From Octopus bimaculoides (Eukaryota): a stretch of DNA of 40,593 nucleotides. The stretch covers positions 20,654,592 to 20,695,184 of the forward strand of contig NC_069005.1 in the NCBI RefSeq assembly GCF_001194135.2, written 5' to 3'. The notes beneath the pieces are model-generated. The model did not search any database and was not told where the DNA came from. It worked only from the letters and a program-made list of their open reading frames with translations. Numbering within the stretch: position 1 is the stretch's first letter; every line of letters begins with the position of its first letter. Position numbers and translations under genes: made by a program. Positions 34,809 through 40,593 of the stretch are shown here, piece by piece.

Positions 34809-35386
34809 CTGAAAAACAGGAAACAATCAGGTTGAAAACCTCCATCATTCTGCGGTAACAGTTCACACCTCCAACTTGTAATTTTTTCATATTCCAACAA
34901 AGGGAAACTTTTGCTCTATGATCATTTAATTTTGTAAAGCAACTTTCTAATTGTATGAAATTGAAGATTCACTGGTTTTTATCAATTTCTCACAGTGTGC
35001 ATTGTGGCTGTTCTTGTGATAAGAAAAGTACTAACATACGCAATTTTTTGAAAAATTTTATTTTCATCTCAGCATGCAGGGCCAGCACTAGGAGGTGTAG
35101 GGTCCAACTAGAGACCTGTCAGTAGGGCCCTCTACTCTACAAAAGCTGAAGATAGGTGTTTTATATTGTGTAGTATGCCAGTCCTAGCTAAAAAGCATTG
35201 AAACCACAATGATATACTGAAAATTCATCATAGTGTCCTCCACTCTAGTGTGTGCGCAGAGCCCTCTCTTGACACGGCCTAATTTGAACAAACTTGTCTA
35301 ATTGGCTTAATGACATACATGAATAACAGTTGGCATACAATATGCCAACTGACATCCTGGGTGTGAACAATGTCATTTGACACTTG

Positions 35387-36375
35387 TAACCATTGGAACA
35401 CTCAAAGAGTTAATTCTCTGATGCTCATCGTGCGGATGATCCTATGACAAGCACAATGCCTGGCTGGGTTAGCCAGGTGATTTCAGCAACAGAGTTCTTA
35501 TTGCTCAAGAAGGATGTTTTGGAGAACACTGATTCCTTGATACATGAAACAACAAAAAATATTTTGTTTAACCCCAGGCTAGTGACCACCCAGTAGGTCT
35601 AGGATGAAAAAAGTTCCAGCCATGAATACTTTGTCTTTAATTCAGGCATAGTCTAGGAGGACTATATAACTGCAGTGTGATGAATACATTCTTGCTTATT
35701 GCAATGTCAACCCTCATCCAACAGACCTATCATTAAATAAACGTTCCAACCATGACCATCCCATCAACACAATGTCTCCTTACCATAAGACAATAGAGTG
35801 TTATTTTAAGGAGATTTGACTGCTATTTCTAGCACACTGAATAACATCATTCAGGCTAGAACGCTTTAGTTTGACCCAAAACATGTATGAGGGTTTTTTC
35901 TAAACAAAGTAAGCAATTTTATTTTTACACAAAGTAAATAATTTATGTAAAGTAAATAAATTATACACTACCTGTTTTTGATAGAGTCCATTAAAAAGTC
36001 GGTCTTTCAAAATCTACTGTAGTTCAAATGGTATCAGTACAATTATCTTTTGTGTAACCCCTACCAAATTGGTGGACTTGGGCACATTGTAGAAATAGAT
36101 GACTCTGATGTGCAAGCGCAAATACAACGGAGGATGGGATAGAGAGGATAAAAATAGGTTTTTTAGTCTTTGTACCTGACCGTTCTTCTGAAACTTTTCT
36201 ACCACTTATTAAAAAAAGTTATCAAGGAATCAGTGTTCTCCAAAACATCCTTCTTGAGCAATAGGAACTCTGTTGCTGAAATCACCTGGTTAACCCAGCC
36301 AGGCATTGTGCTTGTCATAGGATCATCCGCACGATGGGCATCACAGAATTAACTCTTTGAGTGTTCCAATAGTTA
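35387..36375. repeat. 156-bp near-perfect inverted repeat (35387-35542 / 36220-36375), 677-bp spacer
   Basis: Direct comparison shows about 5 mismatches in 156 bp. Confidence 0.95.
35990..36219 (+). mobile_element. Merlin (ISXO2/IS1595-like) transposase fragment
   Basis: With frameshifts: KVGLSKSTVVQWYQY...IGGLGHIVEIDDS / KRKYNGG / GFLVFVPDRSSETFLPLIKK, matching Merlin 'IGG.G.IVEIDES...KRKYNRG...V.DRS..TL.PII'. Confidence 0.75.
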
Positions 36376-36731
36376 GGAGTGGCTGTGTGGTAAGTAGCTA
36401 GCTTACCAACCACATGGTCCCGGGTTCAGTCCCACTGCGCGGCATCTTGGGCACGTGTCTTCTACTATAGCCTCGGGCCGACCAAAGCCTTGTGAGTGGA
36501 TTTGGTAGACGGAAGCTGAAAGAAGCCCGTCGTATATATGTATATATATATGTATGTGCGTGTGTATGTTTGTATGTGTGTGTTTGTCCCCGTAACTTAG
36601 CGGTTCGGCAAAAGAGATCGATTGAATAAGTACTAGGCTTCTAAAGAATAAGTCCTGGGGTCGATTTGCTCGACTAAAAGGCGGTGCTCCAGCATGGCCA
36701 CAGTCAAAAGACTAAAACAAGTAAAAGAGTA
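36376..36731 (+). mobile_element. Young tRNA-derived SINE, CpGs intact
   Basis: GGAGTGGCTGTGTGG (A box), GGGTTCAGTCCC (B box), (TATG/GT)n middle, GGCGGTGCTCCAGCATGGCC..AAGTAAAAGAG tail. Confidence 0.9.
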
Positions 36732-36874
36732 AAACCAGGAATGACTATATATTCTGATTGTTAGAGTGCGTACAATGGGTTTACTGAAATAGATGCGACA
36801 CCAAAATACACCGTGGAAGAACGTAAAACGACGTTTTTAGAGTGAGATAGGGAAGTGTCAACAGAAAAAAAAAA

Positions 36875-37113
36875 GGTAATCTTCAAGTTTACGGGGATCA
36901 AAAAAAAAATATTCAAGGGAAGTAACTGAATGTCTTACCAGTATTCTCAGTACATCTCTGTTTATAAATAAATCACACGTCATTTGATTGACGTTAGGGT
37001 GTGATTTATTTATAAACAGCTAGAAGAAAACGGATAATACTGGTAAGTCGTTCAGTTATTTCCCTTGAATATTCTTATTTATTTTTTTTATCGCCCTAAA
37101 CTTGAAGATTACC
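36875..37113. repeat. Foldback palindrome (arms 36875-36978 and 36999-37113); third arm at 38023-38137
   Basis: GGTAATCTTCAAGTTT..AATATTCAAGGGAA..CTGTTTATAAATAAATCACAC and its reverse complement around a 20-nt loop. Confidence 0.9.
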
Positions 37114-39581
37114 AAAAAAAAAAAAAATTTACCTTGCAACTTTTGCGCATTCGAGCTAGATAGTCGTTGTAGGATCGACTAGTCACGACTAGCTAGCGCG
37201 GATGCGCGCACCGGAACCACTCTTCTCGAATAGTACCCAAAATAGTAAATTGGGGATCCATAATAGTATTTTTACGGCTCTTGAAAAAATGCTGGGTCCA
37301 GATGGACTATATGTAATCTGAACCTTTCCCCCCTTGTTTTATTATTGTTTTTTTTACGGAATCCCACGTTTTAGGCTATGGAGATTCCGATTCTGAAATT
37401 TTTTTTCAAGAATCTCTATTTCAAACAGGTTTCTTTCTCTAACATTTTGCATAGTTCAGCCTACATGAGTGAATGGGTGATAAACAAAATAGGAATTTTA
37501 GTCAAACTAAAGCGTTTGACCGGAGCTCAACGATAAAAGAAATTAGTCTAACAGGTGTAAAACAACTTGCTCTGAACGAAAATGAAGAAAAAAAAATGCG
37601 CGCTCGCGAACGGCTGAGGTGGGGAGAGGACTTGGAACATTCGCATCGTCACACATTGATGGCCTCTAAACTAGTGTTTGACCCGGTGTCAAAAACAAAA
37701 AATAATTAGTGTAACAGGTGTAAAACAACTTGCTGTGAATATATGTGTGTGTGTGTGTAATAAAAGTAGTTTTTAAAATGGTGAAGAACCCCTGGGCTAG
37801 AATAGAACTGAAAAAGAAAAAAAAATAGGCTGAAATACTTCGATTGGCATACTCAATGAGAAGCAGTCTTAGAGACTGAACACAAAGAATTTCCAACTAT
37901 TAGCCATACACATGGTTGGTACAACTCTGTAGTTATGCCCACATGGTCACACATTTTTCAAGGAATAATCGATTTTATCGGAAATTTTATACAAATATCT
38001 CTAAGATGGCGTAGATTAGAATGGTAATCTTCAAGTTTAGGGGGGGTAAAAAGGTAAATAAAAATATTCAAGGGAAATAACTGAACGACTTACCATTATT
38101 ATCCGTTTTCTTTTAGCTGTTTATAAATAAATCACACACGTGCTTTTTTTTTGCTTCTTTCTAAAACAGCATGCGACGGAATTTCTTATAAAAGTTTAAA
38201 ATGATTAAGGGAGTACCCGACGGAACGGAGTCAAAAACAACTGGCAGAAAAGAAACAATTGTGCATGGAGAGAACTTTGTCGATGGAAATGATAATGAAA
38301 TTCAACAGATAAATTTCTAGGACTGCATGCTGATCTCAATGAGATCGTGTTCATTAAAAATAGATATTTATTAATGAAATTTTCTACAGTTATGCTCCAG
38401 ATGTTTGAATATATTGCACTGTGGAAAATTTCATTAAAATATATCTATTTTCGCCGAGTGAGGGTCACCATGCAGTTCTAGAAATTCACCTACTCAACAT
38501 TAATACACTTCAGAAATGGCAGCCAAAAAATAAACAAATGTTTTTTCTTTTGGAATTGAATTCCGCCATAGAAATTCATATAGATAAGATGAGATTGAGC
38601 ATTTCGTTTTCAGCAACAATAAGATGTTGTGCAGCNNNNNNNNNNNNNNNNNNNNNNNNNNNNNNNNNNNNNNNNNNNNNNNNNNNNNNNNNNNNNNNNN
38701 NNNNNNNNNNNNNNNNNNNNNNNNNNNNNNNNNNNNNNNNNNNNNNNNNNNNNNNNNNNNNNNNNNNNNNNNNNNNNNNNNNNNNNNNNNNNNNNNNNNN
38801 NNNNNNNNNNNNNNNNNNNNNNNNNNNNNNNNNNNNNNNNNNNNNNNNNNNNNNNNNNNNNNNNNNNNNNNNNNNNNNNNNNNNNNNNNNNNNNNNNNNN
38901 NNNNNNNNNNNNNNNNNNNNNNNNNNNNNNNNNNNNNNNNNNNNNNNNNNNNNNNNNNNNNNNNNNNNNNNNNNNNNNNNNNNNNNNNNNNNNNNNNNNN
39001 NNNNNNNNNNNNNNNNNNNNNNNNNNNNNNNNNNNNNNNNNNNNNNNNNNNNNNNNNNNNNNNNNNNNNNNNNNNNNNNNNNNNNNNNNNNNNNNNNNNN
39101 NNTAGATTCGGGATCTCCGCAGTCGAAAAAGTGGGTTTCTGTAGAAAGATAAACAAAACCGAAAGAGGGGGGTGCAGTCCATGTCCTTTACCTCTGTTCA
39201 TATTTCTGGATTTTATGAGAAAACAAAGTCGTGGAACACATGCGTAGTTGTGCCAAATTATACTCGTTCATTCTTTTTTGGGGGAAAAAAAATACAATTT
39301 TGATATTTTAAAAATGCATCTAAAATAATTCCGTAAAAAAGTTATTTTAGTATGCTTCAATAACAAATTATTGAAATAAAGAAACAAATTTAAGAAAAAG
39401 ATAGGACAATAATCCTGGATAATATTTGATCAAAGTAAAACAGTTACGAACCGACGAAATTCATAATCATTAGCGTCGGTAAATACTAAGAGTTCCGTGC
39501 AAAACTAGACATGTAGTTTAGTTTTGCAGGAAATCTATTTGACCTGGAGATTAAATAACCAAATATAAAACAGTAAATTAC

Positions 39582-39646
39582 CCGCGAAGTGTCAAGCCAT
39601 GCATCTTGAAAGTATTCTTTAACTCGACTTTGAGCTTTGACGCCAT
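39582..39646 (-). CDS. POLE2: POLE2 exon 1 (start codon), MASKLKVELKNTFKMHGLTLR-G
   Basis: ATG at 39646, GG|GTAATT donor; matches the 'AFKLRGLLLRG' N-terminus of the B subunit; phase 2 fits exon 2. Confidence 0.9.
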
Positions 39647-39647
39647 G

Positions 39648-39667
39648 TTCAAATGTTTCCCGCCAAA
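39648..39667 (-). promoter_or_regulatory. E2F site with adjacent CHR-type hexamer immediately upstream of the POLE2 ATG
   Basis: Gene-sense TTTGGCGGGAAA (plus TTTCCCGCCAAA 39656-39667), then CA, then TTTGAA (39653-39648), C, ATG; second E2F-like TTGGCGAAA at 39796-39804. Confidence 0.7.
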
Positions 39668-40593
39668 ATATCAAACGGTGTCACTTAACTTTTTGCCCCG
39701 TTTATTAGTTCCAGCCGAGCAGTTTCGTATTTGGCCTGTAAGTATTTAAGTCAATTCGTGAGTTGATACAAATTTTGTCTGTGTCAAGGGAAATATTGGC
39801 GAAACGACTCACTCTAGATTCAACAAAGTTATACAAACATATTAGCGACAGAGTCAATATTTATTCCCACCTTTAAGTGGGAATATATACTATCTCTCAC
39901 AACAAAGTTTGTTTCTTAAATTAACTGTTATGACAAGCAGCTTTTGTAATGAATATTAATGAACAGATCCAACCTAACGTGGATGTGTTGTTTGAGTGTA
40001 GGACAAAAGCCCACGGTTATGTTTTGAGATTGTTTTCTTTCACCTTTTTACTTGTTCGTCATAAGACTGCGGCCATGCTGGGGCATCGCCTTGAAGAATT
40101 TTTAGTTGAACGTATCCAGCCCCCGATTTTTTTTTTCCTTTTTACTTGTTACAGTTATTAGACTGCGGCCATGCTGAAGCACCACCTTGAAGAATTTTTA
40201 GTCGAATGTATCGACGCTAGTTAAGCCCAGAAGGTATCTCCACATGCTAGAAACAACAGCCAAATCTCTTGAAATGTTTTTATAAACCCCTCGGTTGTTT
40301 TTATTTTCTAAAAATCTTTTTACTTGTTTCAGTCATTGGACTGCGGCCATGTTGGGGCACTAGCTTGAAGAACTTTTGGTCGCAGAAAAACCAGCATTTT
40401 AAAATATATATTTAGTCTTTTGTTTTCTTCCCCGCGGCGCTTACAGATTAATGAGAATAAGTTGACCTTTTGAACTTTCTCCGGCCGTTGAAGGTTTCAC
40501 AGAAGGCTTGTCATTCAAACTTCAGAAATGGCAGCCAAAAAATAAACGAATGTTTTTTTTCTTCTGGGTTGAATTCCGCCATAGAAATTCATG

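Noticed and set aside
37541-37739. 36-nt repeats as a mini-CRISPR
   Set aside because: Only two copies with a 127-bp spacer and no cas genes.

Overview
AT-rich, repeat-dense animal DNA with four N-gaps (2171-2270, 20271-20280, 28309-29235, 38636-39101). The tRNA-derived SINEs, RTE tails and MITEs resemble octopus families as I recall them, so the organism is an inference. One host gene spans most of the window on the minus strand: POLE2 (DNA polymerase epsilon subunit B). I reconstructed 15 exons from ATG 39646 to TGA 10498, giving 1569 nt and 522 aa with all splice phases consistent. Intron 8 is a minor-spliceosome AT-AC intron, and an E2F site with an adjacent CHR-type hexamer lies just upstream of the ATG. 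Downstream of the gene (about 0.5-8.7 kb) is a dense cluster of decayed elements: a Penelope-type RT that turns into an 84-bp minisatellite, an RTE LINE piece, a piggyBac transposase pseudogene and an endogenous parvovirus NS1 with both HUH nuclease and SF3 helicase motifs. Every piece I can orient there is on the + strand, antisense to POLE2 read-through, which is the layout of a unidirectional piRNA-type locus (hypothesis). The introns carry piggyBac, mariner and Merlin remnants, MITEs, a 156-bp near-perfect inverted repeat, a ~240-bp hairpin, a hammerhead-like core and a candidate poison exon. All homology calls come from motif recognition; no database searches were run.
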